NCBI GenBank assembly: GCA_013239625.1
Contig: MU055886.1
Location: 930,001-994,000 of the forward strand
DNA: 64,000 nt
Reading direction: 5' to 3'
Source of the DNA: Lama guanicoe
Lineage: Eukaryota
In this document: piece after piece, positions 23,691 to 36,200 of the stretch
Layout of the letters: each line of letters opens with the position of its first letter
Position numbering within the stretch: position 1 is the stretch's first letter
Made by a program: the position numbers and the translations under genes
Notes under the pieces: generated by a model
Databases searched by the model: none
What the model was told of the DNA's origin: nothing
Seen by the model: only the letters and a program-made list of their open reading frames with translations

Positions 23691-26600
23691 TGCAACTGTC
23701 TCACTAAAGTGTGTGGCCACGTAGCCAAGTGATGGCACCCACCTTCCTCTACGTCTTCCCTTGGGGATGAATAGGAAGACTACCTCCTATTACAAAGCTA
23801 AATCCCCAGGATAGAAACCCTCAGCCTCAGACTGCTGGAGGGGAGGGACCAGTTCCACCCAGCAGAGTGGTGCTAAACAGAAAGGAGGCCAGTGGAGTCG
23901 ACTCCTAGTCTGCAGCCAGCTCCCAGAGCCTTGTCAGAGAGGTGCTGGGTGTGGTGGAATTCTAGAACCCTCTGGACTGCAGTGGGCTATGTACAAGGCA
24001 ATGGGAGGTTAGAACAGGTCTCTCAAGCCTGTTCCCCCTTCCACCCATTTCACTGCTTTATGAGCCTGTGAAAGTCTTTTAGGGGCACTGGGCTGACCTG
24101 GGTTCTCCAGTTTTGTTTGAAAGCAAGAAAAGGCCTGCTTGGGGTTTAGCCATAACCTGGCTTCTTTTTCAGAGATGGGCCAGTATGCCCAACCTAGGAG
24201 GCCAAGAAAACAAAAGAAGATGACTACTGGTTAGGCAGCTGCGTTCTGACAGCCCCGTCTTCCTGCTGCTCTGCTCTCTGGTAGACTGGTGGGACTGGTG
24301 GCCTGGGTTCCCCTCAGCCCCGCGCCTGCCCTAAGGCAAACAGGCCACACGGAGGGTCCAGTGCCCTGCCAGGTCTTTGCCAGTCCAAATCAAAGCAGGG
24401 AGAGCTTCTCATGCGCCCAGGTGACCCGACCTGCAGAGAAGTCCCGGCTCGCTCCCTTCTGCTTGAATTGTTCAATCAGATTTAAGGGACTTGTCCACTA
24501 ACTGGGGCGTTTTAAAGCAAAGCGAAAGCAACCCCACCAGGAATCCAAGCCCGCTTCTGGAGAAACTCATTCCCTTTCTTTTAATTCAGAAAATTAACAG
24601 CCTTCACTCAAGCCCCCTGCCTGGCCATCCTGACTTACAGTGAGCCGTGGGCAGCTTGGACAGTGACCGCACTGCCCAGTGCTTGTGCCTGAGGCCTGGG
24701 GCACATCACACAGCACTGTGGTTACACTCCCCACTCAACTCTCCTAACACCTGGTTAAATTTTTACTCCAAAAACCAGGACATGATTTTACAAAAGGTCA
24801 GACAACTCAGTGAGTGTTTGCCGAGTTTCACATTGCTCAAACCTCAAATTCCCTCACCTCTACCAACCTCACTTTGAAGTTTGAAGGCAAATTGATTAAA
24901 TATACATTTTAGGAACCTTCCGATTTGCTTCTTAAACTAACAGAATTTTAAGTTTTTTTTTAAACGGAAGGATTTTCAACTGTCAGCAGGTATAACTGGA
25001 ACCATATGTCAACAGAGACCAGGGGCTTTTCCTGGTTTTAGGATTTGTAAATTCTTATTGAAACGGAAGTAAGCAGGGCAGGCAGCTGGAGGGCCCTGTG
25101 ACAGCCGAGCTCAGATCTCATTTTAATTAGAAAATACAGATAGCGCCTGCTGAACCGAAGGCCTCCCAGAGCTCCCGTCCCAGGGCGAACAAAGATTTGG
25201 TTTATATCCTGCAAGCCTCTGTGTTTGCAAATTACAGAGCACTTCCGAGAGGAGTTGAAATGTTGATTTCTAGATTACGGAGCCTGCAGCCCAACACCCT
25301 CCTCAGCTAATCCCTCCGAATGATTTTACTTTCTTGGGGAAATATTTGCTCCCTTCCTCACTGCAGATTAAATGGAGGGTATTCATGTTGAAAAGAGACA
25401 GTAAGGAAGTCCAGGATGAGAGAAGTGAGATTAGATGTCACCCACAGCAGGTTCAGCATTTTCTCCATTGCGCTTCTGGCCCCTTGAACTCCGAGACACA
25501 AAACCCTATACCAGATCGGCATCTGAGCTGTTCTGTATGACACTGGTTCACGTGTCTGATTTTCTCTCTAATGCATTCTGCAAATGGTTGCATAGAAATA
25601 GCATATGAAAGACGTTGCTGGCCCTAGTGCTCCCCCACCCCCATCTTTCCCTGCCTGGTGTCATTTGAGCTCAATGAGTCTCCAGAAAGGCCACGATTAC
25701 AACAATGTCAGTACCTGAAAGTTCCCCTGCTGGGACTCAAGAGCCTGACCCACAGCCGCATAGATGCAGTGTAGCGGGGGCAGCGGGGCCGCTCATGCTC
25801 AGATGATGGGCGCTCCAGCCTTGGGTCTTTCACTGATGCGCCCGCTCTTGTCCCAAGAGCAGTGACTCTGTGTGCTATGCCTCTCGTCACCCCCTCCCCC
25901 GCCCCGGCCGCACGCCCGTGACAGGGCTGCTGCCTGCTGGCCCTCTGCGGGCATCCCGTTCCTGGCAGCTGGAGGTCACTCGCTCACCCTGCCAGGGCTG
26001 CTGCCACAAACTCCCATTTACCCAGCAGACAAAGAGGGTTTTTCCCTTCCCCTGGGTTTACAGGCTCCTCAAATGCCTTACATTCCAAGAGCTGAGAGAG
26101 AGCGGAGACTCCTGTGGTTTCTAATTAAACCCACAATTTAAATAACAATTCATGAAACCCCAAGGGTTAAGAGAAATGCTAACCTACCCCCTCCTAAGAG
26201 AGGCAGCTGGGTGGCCCTGGCTGGAAGGCTGAGGATTTGCCTTTTGCCAGATGTGTGACCAAAGAGGCAGAAGTCACAGTGAGTTTGTGGTGGAGCAAGT
26301 GTGCATTGAAAGGGAACAGGTTTGGCAGGTTCCTGTCCTTTCCCCTTTGGTGAAGGTGCCCCGCTTGAAGGTTAGGAAGTAAGAAATGGGAGGAAAAGTT
26401 GCCGTGTTTGCTCAGCCTTCTACCGAGAACTTTCACCCTTCTCCAGGGAAAATGGAACTTTGTCTCTGAAGTGTTCAAATCCCAGATTCCCACACTCTCA
26501 GGGAACTCCCCTCGCTGCCCCTACTGCCTACCCCCAGGTGACTGCTCTGTTTGTTGTAGAACTTTACTGTTTTCTGGAATACAGGCAAACGAGGAGGCCA

Positions 26601-27353
26601 GGAAGGGTCCTGGGAGGCAGAGCATCCAGCCGACGGTCTGGGTTGAGCCCTGCCCGCTCTGGAGCCAGTTTCTGCATCTGTTATAGGAGGGTCTTCCTAT
26701 GTGTTGCTTCCAGGGCCCTTTCTTGCCCTGGCAGTCTGTCTGTCCATCCATCCCTGAGCTGCTTTTGTGTTCTCACTGGGCCTGTCTGGAGCCACAGTCA
26801 TCTTTGCAGAGCGTTGACCTCACCAAATTGTTGTCTGATTACCCAAGGCATGGTTGTGTTCCAGATTTGGGGAAAATGGAACGCTGGACGTAATTATCTG
26901 TAGACAAGCTCTTCTCTGCCTCAGCTGGCACCAGGAGCGTGTCAGCATTTCCAGGCTTTCTGTGAGCTCCTTTCCAAATTTACTCCGTTTCCATTCCATT
27001 AAATTGAGCAAATCGTATTCCCTGAGGACACCGTCCAGGTTCTTGCCTCTGTGCTTGTCCACTTGGATGCCCTTCTGTTCTCACTTCACTGTGCCAGGAG
27101 TGGCCACCCTACACGCCCAGACTCGGGCCCCTCCCTCGAGAGGGAGTACTGCCAGCCTGGGTCCCTTTGTTACCCCTGTGAGAGTCAGAGCTCCCTGAGG
27201 GTGGACACCATCTCTGGTTCCTGCTTCTGCTCCTGACTCCTGGCCTGTCTGGCGCAGGCTCAGTTTATATTTGTTGGAGCCAAGCCTGGCTGTGAACAGA
27301 AGTGAAGTAGAAAGCCACAGGTGGACTCACCCCTGCCATCTTCTTCCCTGCAG

Positions 27354-27474
27354 GTGACCATCGCTGATGACTACTCAGATCCCTTTGATGCCAAGAATGA
27401 TCTCAAAAGCAAAGCAGGAAAGGGGGAGAGTGCCGGCTACATGGAGCCCTACGAGGCCCAGAGGATTATGACAG
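27354..27474 (+). CDS. SHB: SHB coding exon (121 nt, phase 0 to phase 1): VTIADDYSDPFDAKNDLKSKAGKGESAGYMEPYEAQRIMT
   Basis: Acceptor ccatcttcttccctgcag|GTG with branch-point-like gactcAc (A at 27329); donor CAG|gtaagc. The peptide matches the SHB/SHD/SHE/SHF DDYSDPFDA and GYMEPYEA motifs. Confidence 0.96.
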
Positions 27475-28299
27475 GTAAGCGGAGCCCGTGGCACAGAGAC
27501 TTACAACTCAGCAGCTGGGTAGAGGGGTTGCCCCTTCACACCATCCCCTGCCAGCCTCTACAGGGGAAGGTTTGTGCTTTCAAAGTGGTGGTAAGGAGGC
27601 AGCGCTCTGTTGAATCTTCACTGCAGTATATCAGTTCATGTTTCACCGACCTCAGGAAGACTCTAATAGGGCACACTGACAGTCCAGATACCAGGGTACC
27701 AAGTGCAGTTAACCAAGATAGGGACACAGAGGAGCAGCTGTGTGGGTTGGGCCCCCCTGACCCCGCAAAAGGCAGGGGCATGAGTCAGGGCGCAACGTGC
27801 TGCAGAGTGTGGACAGGTGGCCCCCAGTTTTGAGGCCTCCAGAACACCTGGCCACTTGGTGAAGGGCTGAGGCAGGAAGCAGTTGACCCATAGGGACTTC
27901 AGCCGGACTACTGGAGGGCCACGTCTTGTGCCCTCTCCCATTTTCCTAGTCTCTCCTGGTAAAGCAGCCTCTGATGGGCAAGAGGCCAATTGCTGAGTGT
28001 GCGTTTGGGGCCGGGGACCTAAGGGTGGGGCAGCCTGCTCTCTTCCAGCAACTCAGGGAAGCAGGTCTGCTGGCGGAATCTTCACCTGAGGCCTGCAGTA
28101 ACACTCGTTCCCGCTGTCACATCACCTCACCTCCACCCACGTCCCAGGACCTGCACCAGGCTCCATGAAGCAGCCCTGGCCCAGCTCAGCCCTCGGGGCC
28201 CTGCCCTCCCTGTAGCTCCCGCCAGTCTTGCATTAAGCGGGCCTCAGCCCAGGTTTAAGGGGGTGGTAGATCCAGGAGTGACTCTGGGACTCTGACATA

Positions 28300-28425
28300 T
28301 TCATACGTCAGCACAGCAAAGGATCTTTGAGGTCATCAAAACCCAACAGCCTCATCTTACAGATGGGGAAACTGAGGCTAGGAGGGAGGGGGGACTTGCC
28401 CGAGGACACACAGTAAGTTGGAGAC
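28300..28425 (-). mobile_element. MIR/MIR3 fragment
   Basis: ggatctttgaggtcatc...cctcatcttacagatggggaaactgaggct...gacttgcccgaggacacacag. Confidence 0.7.
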
Positions 28426-29689
28426 AGACTGGCAAGCGTGGCCTGTGCTCAGCAGGCAGTCTTTGGGGTATCTTGCTGAAGAAAGTGTAATGTTATGTTT
28501 AATGCTGGGGTCTCTGGGACATGAGGAAATGGCAGAAGCCATTGAAGCTGGAGCCCCTGCCAGGTCCCAGGCTCTGTACTAGGCCCTTTGACATACCCAC
28601 TCATTAAACCTCACCGTGTCCCTGCAAAGGAGGTGTTGTCTCATTTCACAGGTGAGGGAGACTGAGGACAAGTAGAAGTGAGAGGCTCAGACCTGCATCT
28701 ATAGAACATGGAGGCAAGGAGCTGAAGGAGGTGGGGCTGGGACACCTGCCGGGAGCCCAGGCTCTGGGGAGTGTCCACCACTGCCTGGCCTCTTTGGAGT
28801 GGAGCCAGGCTCCTCCTGGGTGCTGCCGTGAACCTCAGCAGTGAGGAGATGGTTAGCTGGGTGGAACTGTCCTATGGGACTTTGGCTTTTTAATGAGGCA
28901 CACCCACGGGTGCCAGGTCCAAGGCAGGGCAGTTGGAGTTCACCAGAAATCTGTTAATATCTCAGGCTTTCTCTCTCTGAAGAAGCTTTCTTCTATAGCT
29001 GCTCTGTGCTTTCTTCCTACCTTGGAGACTATGCCTAAATTTACCCCCCCCTTTTTTTTTTTTACCTTTTTTGTTTTTTAAGGAAATAGGTGATTAAACA
29101 GGACGTTTTCTGGTTGTGATGACCTTGCGGCAGCTCTCTTTGACTTGGAATTCTTTGTGTGTAACGTCACTGTCACCGCAGGACTGATGGCAGGGATGGG
29201 GGCTGGGGTGAGCCAGCACGGCATAAATGTTCCAGGAAATAGCTCACTGAGCTGCCTTGAAGCTCCCGGGGGAGAGCAGGATAAGGAGGCCGTGCTGGGG
29301 TCGGCAGCGGAGCAGGAGGTGGCACGGAACAAGTTACATTCAGTCTCTTATGGTGATGTTTTTTGCTGCTGTCATACTTATGTGTATGTGTGCACTTAGC
29401 TTCTAGTAACTGGGCAGGCATCTTTGGTACGGAGAGTAATGTTGCTGGGAAGAGCGTGGCCTCTCTTGTGCTGGTTTGGAAGGAGCCCAGGCTTGAGCCA
29501 AGCAGATCCGGGATGGCCACTTGCCACCAAAGTGACCCCTGGGCCTCAGTTCCCCTTGAGAAGCACAGCCTTAGAGTGGGCAGTCAATAGTACTTCCAGC
29601 TGCTTTTGGCTGCGAGCTGGCTGTCTGACTCTGGCAGCACGTTCTGTGCCTCTGTTTTCACCTGTTTATGGAATGATGGGTCGGTAATA

Positions 29690-29900
29690 ACAGCAGCGGC
29701 GTGGAGGCCACTGCTAGGTTCTCTCGTACTTGTTTACGGCACTTGGTGTGACATTGGATCCTCACCATCGCTCTTTGAAGTATAGGTGCCCATTTTACCA
29801 ATAAAGAAACTGAGGCACAGAAAGATTAAGTAACTAGTCCAAGGCAACATAGCTGGGTAGTCATTTGGGGGGCTGTCTTCCAAGGCCTTCTTTTAACCAC
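29690..29900 (-). mobile_element. MIR SINE
   Basis: cccattttaccaataaagaaactgaggcacagaaagattaagtaactagtccaaggcaacatagct. Confidence 0.7.
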
Positions 29901-30489
29901 CGTGCAGGACTTCTTTCAGGGCCTGTCCAGCCCCGGCGCACTCACTGCAGCTTGATTTTCAGGCTCCCCAGCATGGGGAACACGGCCCGTGATTAACTGA
30001 TGAGGTTTTGTTCTCTGTGTCCTTGGCTCCATGCAGCAGGTGATGGGGAGCTGGTGGGAGGTGTGCTTTTGTGAACAGAGAACTCGGCCCAGCCCACTGG
30101 CTGTATGGAGGGCATGGAGAAGCATGCTTGTTTTCTCAGGGGCTCCTCTGACCCCCTCCCCTCTGTCTGCCTCAACTTACTCTCTCTCCCGGGCTCCTCT
30201 TTGTGTCACCCAGAGGAATTAGGCTCTGGCTCCAAAATGGAGGCTCAGCTCTCTATAGAACCTCAGAACCCATGTCTGCCTGGGCCTTATGTTGTGCCCT
30301 CATCACCTTTCTCACTCCAGCAGCCGCTCTGGCAATATCTCCATAACACCCTAGGGCTCTATGGAACCCGGTTAGAAAGCTAGTGACCCAGTCCAGGCTT
30401 CCCTTTTTATAAGTAGGGACACTGAGACTCAAAAAAGTCATGATTCTTTTGAGAACTTTTTTTAGCCCACCAATTAAATGTGAAGCTGT

Positions 30490-30640
30490 CTTGTGAGGCA
30501 GTGAGTTGCCCATCCCTGGAGGCATCCAAGCAGAGGCAAGACAACCAGCACTGGGAGATGAAGGTAGTTAAGTCTCAGATGCGTGGTTGGCTCAAGCGAC
30601 CTTTCCAGTCTGTGTCAACTTTGAGCTCCAGGATGTCATG
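30490..30640 (+). mobile_element. L3/MIR3-type 3' tail
   Basis: ggcagtgagttgcccatccctggaggcatccaagcagaggc...gacctttccagtc..tcaactttgag. Confidence 0.55.
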
Positions 30641-31389
30641 ATTCACTGTGTCCTGCCCCATCACCCCATCATTAGACACCCAGCACCAGCCCCGTGAAGG
30701 GAGCACCTGAGTAGGAGAGGATCTGGTTAGCACTGGCAGCTTCCTTTCTCAGTGCCAGCCTGACTCGTGCCAACTGTTCAGTCCCAGTTCCCCTTTTCAT
30801 CATCCTTGGCTTATCCCTTGAGGTCAGATTCTGGTCTTGGCCTTTTCCACGTGTAAATTGAAGAGGAAGAATCATACCACTTCTGGGTTTCCTTCCTGCC
30901 CCAGTGTCTGTGTAATTGGTGCCCCCATGCCAAACCACCCGTTGAGCCAATAGAATTAGCCTCTCCCTAAAGCCCTGCTTTGCAGCCCATTGTTTAATTC
31001 TTCCCTGAGTCTTGATCCTGGGGCTTGAGGGGTCCAGATGCACAGAGACCTGCTGATGCGGTGGGAAGGCTGCTGGGTTCCAAGTCAGGCTAACTTGGGT
31101 GCCTGGGTGGGTCAGGATGTGTAGCCTCTTGGAGGCCACAGTGTCCTCATTGTAAATAGAGCATGTAACACTGACGTGAGGCTTGGGTAGAAGAACAAGC
31201 TTTGCACATGTGTGTGACATTGTTGCTGTTGGGGGTGCAGAGGGTCTGTTTGGTCCTTCACATTGTTTTCTGTGCTGTTAAATCCTCTGGCCAGTCTCCG
31301 CTGGGGCCCTTGCCAAGCCCTGCTGTGTTGGAGTCTGGACCATGGAACCTGGGCAGATACCTCCCTTGCCTCCAGGAATATCCATGAAG

Positions 31390-31700
31390 CAGGGAGACAG
31401 GCATGGAACACGGGTAGAGGGGCTGGTTGGTATGCAGAGGTGAGCTGGTGAATCCCCAGGAGTTCATAGAAGAGACAGCAGCTTCCAGTCTGGGCCATCT
31501 GAGTGGGGTGGGAGGTAGAATGGGTGGTGATGAGAGCTGGCAACCAGGCAGAGAAAAGAGCTTGAGCAAAGTTACGGAGGCGTGGGAACTCTCTGCTGGA
31601 GAGGAGTGGCGGGAGATGAGGCTTCTGATAGGATCCCGACAGGAAAAGCACATGGGGCAAGAGCTTGTAAAGACTGATCAGATCATGAGGCCCTAGTTAG
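31390..31700 (-). mobile_element. L2 fragment
   Basis: Purine-rich antisense L2 pattern: ccaggcagagaaaagagcttgagcaaagttacggaggcgtgg. Confidence 0.5.
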
Positions 31701-31829
31701 CCTAAAGGCACAGAATATTTCTCACCTGGGATCTTTCCTCCCCAGGCCTTCAGCCCCAGGAGTTCTCAGAGGTGCCGCAGTGGTGTTGGTGACAGGGACT
31801 GGTGTTGATGACAGGGACAGTGGTGGTTA

Positions 31830-32000
31830 GTTTTTTTCAGAGGGCTTTCCTGTGTGCCAGGCTCTGCTCTATGATTAGCTCATTTAATCCTCCAAGGAGC
31901 CTGTGAGGTCTAGGTATTACGATCAACCCCCCCCCCATTTTACAGATGAGAATACTGAGTCTCAGAAAGGTTAATAAATAAGCAGCAAAACCAGGAAAAG
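31830..32000 (-). mobile_element. MIR SINE
   Basis: tgtgtgccaggc...ctcatttaatcctc...cccattttacagatgagaatactgagtctcagaaaggttaa. Confidence 0.8.
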
Positions 32001-33226
32001 CAGTGCCCTCTGGAGCCCTCACCTGCAGCTAAAACTCTTGTGTCGTCCAGGACTCCCAGAGGATCTGCAGAAGTAACTGGGAATTTTACAGTTACTTTGG
32101 CTTCCTTTTCAGGTGTGACTCCCGCCCCTACACCCGGCACCATCCTGTATAAAATTGTTCAAAGTGTCATCTCACAGGATGAATCACAGAAGCATTAATT
32201 GAAAACATTTTCATATAATTTTTAATATGTAAGCAATTATACATTAAAAAGTCCTCAGCATGTTTTTATTATTAAATCAACTTTATAGCATAATAAGAGG
32301 AAATTAAAAGAAAGCCATTTCACACACAGCCCTGCTGCCCTGGCGTGGCTGTTTGTTTGCCTTGCTCACAACTTGCCTTCTGTCCCTTTAAACTCCATGT
32401 GCTAGTAGGCACGCTTCTGCTTGAAGCCCAGAGAAGGGCATGAACTGACCAGAGTCACACAGCAGCAAGCCGCAGAGCAAGTCTTCTGACTTTTAACACA
32501 GGGCTCCTGGGCTTTGTTTTGAAATGTTTGAAACCTGCTCTTGCACCTCCTGCCTGACAGACAAGGCTTGGTCGTGGACTGTGCTGAGTTCCCTGGCTGG
32601 TCTATCATTTACCAGAATGACTTACCTACCGGACAGGAAGCAGATAATCAAGTGTAAATAGATTTTGTATTAGTCACCCGATGACTTTCCTGTTCTTGAG
32701 AAACAGTACAGCTTACACGCCCAGCCCGTTGGTGCTCACCTGCTGAGCTCCAGGCTCAGGGAGGCCAGGCAGGGATGGGAGCTGCCTAGGAGGGGAGCAG
32801 GAAGCCAAGGTTTCCATGGTGACCAATGGGCCCACACTGGTAGTCGCTTTCTCACCCCACACACCCTTTTGACCCTTGACACTGAGCTTGTTCAGCTTTT
32901 CAGGAAAGTTGCAGCAGGATTAGGACAGGCCACAGAAAGCTGACAGTCATAGACTGTACCCCTGCTATGGGCCAGACCCTGGCCTCTGTCACATGGGGAC
33001 CCCTTGTTGCCTGGGGGAGATGAAGTAAGAACTCAGTAAATAATTTTTGAATGTTTGAGGCTGTTATTAATTCCAGGGACCCAGGGCTGACAGACTGACA
33101 TGCTGAGGCCCCCTCAGGAGCCCAGAGACATCCTGTCTACCTCTGAAGAGTGCCAGATCTGAAAAGTTTTGAGTTTAAGCAGTTGCTAAATGGGTAGGGA
33201 TGTAGGGAAGGAGCTGGCTTGGCCTC

Positions 33227-33280
33227 TGGGTGGGAGTTGGGTGGGAGTTGGGTGGGAGTCAGGTGGGAGTCAGGCAGGAG
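33227..33280 (+). repeat. 11-bp G-rich minisatellite: (TGGGTGGGAGT)x3 plus 2 degenerate copies
   Basis: Read directly: tgggtgggagt tgggtgggagt tgggtgggagt caggtgggagt caggcaggag. Confidence 0.9.
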
Positions 33281-36200
33281 ACCCTTGGAGCTTTGCTCCG
33301 TCTTGGAGACCAGTTCTGTCCCTACGCTGGGGGACTGCCTGGCGAGGTCCAGTTGTGCCTCTTCTCCCTGCTCCCTCCTGGCTGAGAGCTCCCTGAAGGA
33401 GGGGACTGGGTCTTACTGTCCTCATGTCTCCTCTGGCTGAGTACATATTCACCAATTGAATGAATGAGCTCAGGAATACAAGTCTATATGGAAAATGAAT
33501 GAACAAAAAGGAAGCGAACAGTAAACAATTATTTACTGTAAACAACTTTTCCCATTTTGCAAGACACGCTTGCCTAGAGTCATAGGGCCTGAATCAGGGA
33601 ACAAAGTGCAATATGTTCGTTCAGTGGATGGGTGTTTGCGATTCACTGGATGGGTCTCCCCCAGAGGGGAGACAGAACTGATCTCCACTGTGTGCTGGCA
33701 TCATTCTGTGCTCTTGAGGCTGAGCAGTGAACAAAGCGGAGTCCCCGTTCTTGTGAAGCTTTCACTCTGGGTGCAGAATCAAAGGGGAGTGTTATGTAAC
33801 TGTGATTCCCATAAACTCATTTCTGGGAACTCTGGTGTGGGGAGGTCTGTATCCCAGACACTCCACAGCCTCTGATCACTACAGCTGAAGGGCTTTCTCA
33901 CAAGTCAAGAGCAGAGTGGAGACTTGTCCCCAGAGCGCTGGCCACCTTCAGGACATAGTATGGCCTCATTTCTGTCTTCAGAGTTTGAGGGGCACAGCTC
34001 TGGCCCAGCGGCTGCAGCTGCATTCTTCTCTCTTTTTGGCTTCGGTGCAGGAGCGCAGACTCTGGGGTTGTCATGGATTTTCCCAGAGCAGCAAGCACCA
34101 TCCTGTGTGCTGGCACCAGCCTCTTAGGTATGAGGGCCCAGGATGCTGACTGGGATATCTTGCTGAGCACTTGGCAGTGAGGGCCCAGACGCCCAGGACT
34201 GCGGCCCCTATCTCCTTCTCTTTCCTGGCAGCTGTGAGAGAAAAGGCATCCTCCCAAAGGTAGAAATGAAGGAATAGGAATATGAAATAGAGGAGCTCAC
34301 TTCCCCATTTACCCCTTGCCCTTCAGAATCCCAGAGAGACATTAAAAGATCTGAAGGCACAGAAACTGATGGAAATGCCTGTCCAGAAGTAGACTTAAGT
34401 CCGTCAGCAGCAAAGCTGCAGGTATCCTCTGCCTACCCACCAAAGCCTTGTGTGTGAGCAGAGCATGGAGGCTGTGGGGAAGCACCACCTGTCCTGAGCC
34501 GGTTAGGAAGTTGTTTAGGACGTCGCACCGCTTGGGTGCAGAGGATGTATTGCAGCAAACAGAAGCAGGAGGCGGGGAGACTGGTTCTGTGGTTCTGTGG
34601 CTACAATAGTCATCTAGGCCAGGGGCGTGAGACCAGAGCCAGGGTACTGTAGGGTGCTGCAGCCAGGAGTGGGTGGGTGGGGCGGAAGAGCTTGCCAGCC
34701 TTGGGGTGCAGTGGGTAGGAAGGAGGGAGGAGCTGGGATCCTGGTGAGTGGGAGGATGAGTGTCCGTTACGATGGGGACTGTCCTATCTGAGAAGAGGAA
34801 GGAAGGTTCTTGGGGGAGGATTCAGTGGGTTCAGACTTGGCATCATTGCATTCATGTGTTCAGAGGAGGGCTCCTGGGCTCTAGTGGCATTGGGGCCACC
34901 CTGGGGGGTGGCACTGGGGAGGAGCTGGTTTGCAAGGGTGAGCAGGAAGACTGCCTACCGCAGTTTCTGCCCCTCCAGAAGCCCTGAAGAGGGAGATTTA
35001 GTGATTTGCCCCACACCCTATTATTTGACTAATTAATTAGTACCCTCCTCTAACTAGGGCTCAGGTTGGCTTTCTGGAAGTTTGTAATGATGACAGAGGC
35101 TGTATTTAAAGGACATCTTTTACAGATTATGCCAGAATATCCCTAAGGCTCTGAGAGGAAGCAGTGTCATTATTTCCATTTTGCAGATGAGAAAGCTGAG
35201 TCTTGGAGGCTAACTGGAACCGAGTCCAATTTCAGGCCCCCCTCTCTCTGTGGGATCAGTGCCTGGCTGTGCAAGGGAGGGATGCTGAGTAACAATAGGT
35301 TTGCTTTTTTTTTAATGTGGCCTTTCCATCCATGGGGTAACTTGACAGGTGCCTGAAGCTCAGTCCTCCTCCTCCTCCTCCCCCTCCTCGGTAGTCCTGC
35401 CTTTCAGCTCTTTCACCTGGCGTGGTGTCCAAGTGTTTTAATGTGATACTCTGCCTCCTTTTCAGTCCTTTTCTGAAATTGGCAATGTGAGCATAAATAA
35501 ATAAAATGCCACTTTTCTCTCCCTTCCAGAATACAGGCTTCTGATTGTACTTGGTGACCTAAAAATTGACGCACTGGAGAAGGGTCGCCTCCTGGGGCCC
35601 AGGCTTCACTGTGGGTCCTCCCTGGTCTAGCTCCGCAGTCACTCTTTGTGCAATCATGCTGATACAGCACTTACCACACTGCCTTGTGATTTACCTTTTG
35701 GGTTGGAGGCCCCTGGAGGGCAGGGACCACAGGACTTGGAACTCTTGCCCTCAGACTGTCAGTGCCCAGTGTTTGCGATACTGGCCTGGAAATTTCCAGT
35801 GAAGAATGTCCCCAGGTGGAGTGTTTTGGAATGATCGGTAAACTCTTCCCCCAGGGTTATAGGCTTTCAGGTTCCAAGCTGGGTCTCGAGTCCCCAGCTG
35901 GCTCAGCCCTCGGTCCTGGCCAGGGGTCTCCATGTCCCTCTCTCTGATCCTGGGCTCAGCCCGCTGCCTGCATCTGTGTAAGTTCACTTCCATCGCCAGG
36001 TCTGGTGTCTCCATGCGGCGACAGGCACATACACTCATGTTCCTGAGCCCCAACCACAAAGCCCTCCAGACTAGGGGTCCTTCCAAGTCTGCATTGCCCT
36101 TCTTGGCCCCTGGTGTCTCTGGCTCCCCCTCTAGCTGGGTGCCCGAGTGTCTGGGCCCTCGTCTCCCTCACTGACCAGCCTTCCTCAGGCTTCTCTTCAA

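Noticed and set aside
27311-27353. In-frame upstream CAG|G that would add 11 aa to exon 2
   Set aside because: It is preceded by purine-rich sequence with no pyrimidine tract and lies upstream of the likely branch point.
29312-29325. CTCF-like GCAGGAGGTGGCAC and other partial CTCF matches
   Set aside because: Imperfect matches of this quality are expected by chance in 64 kb.
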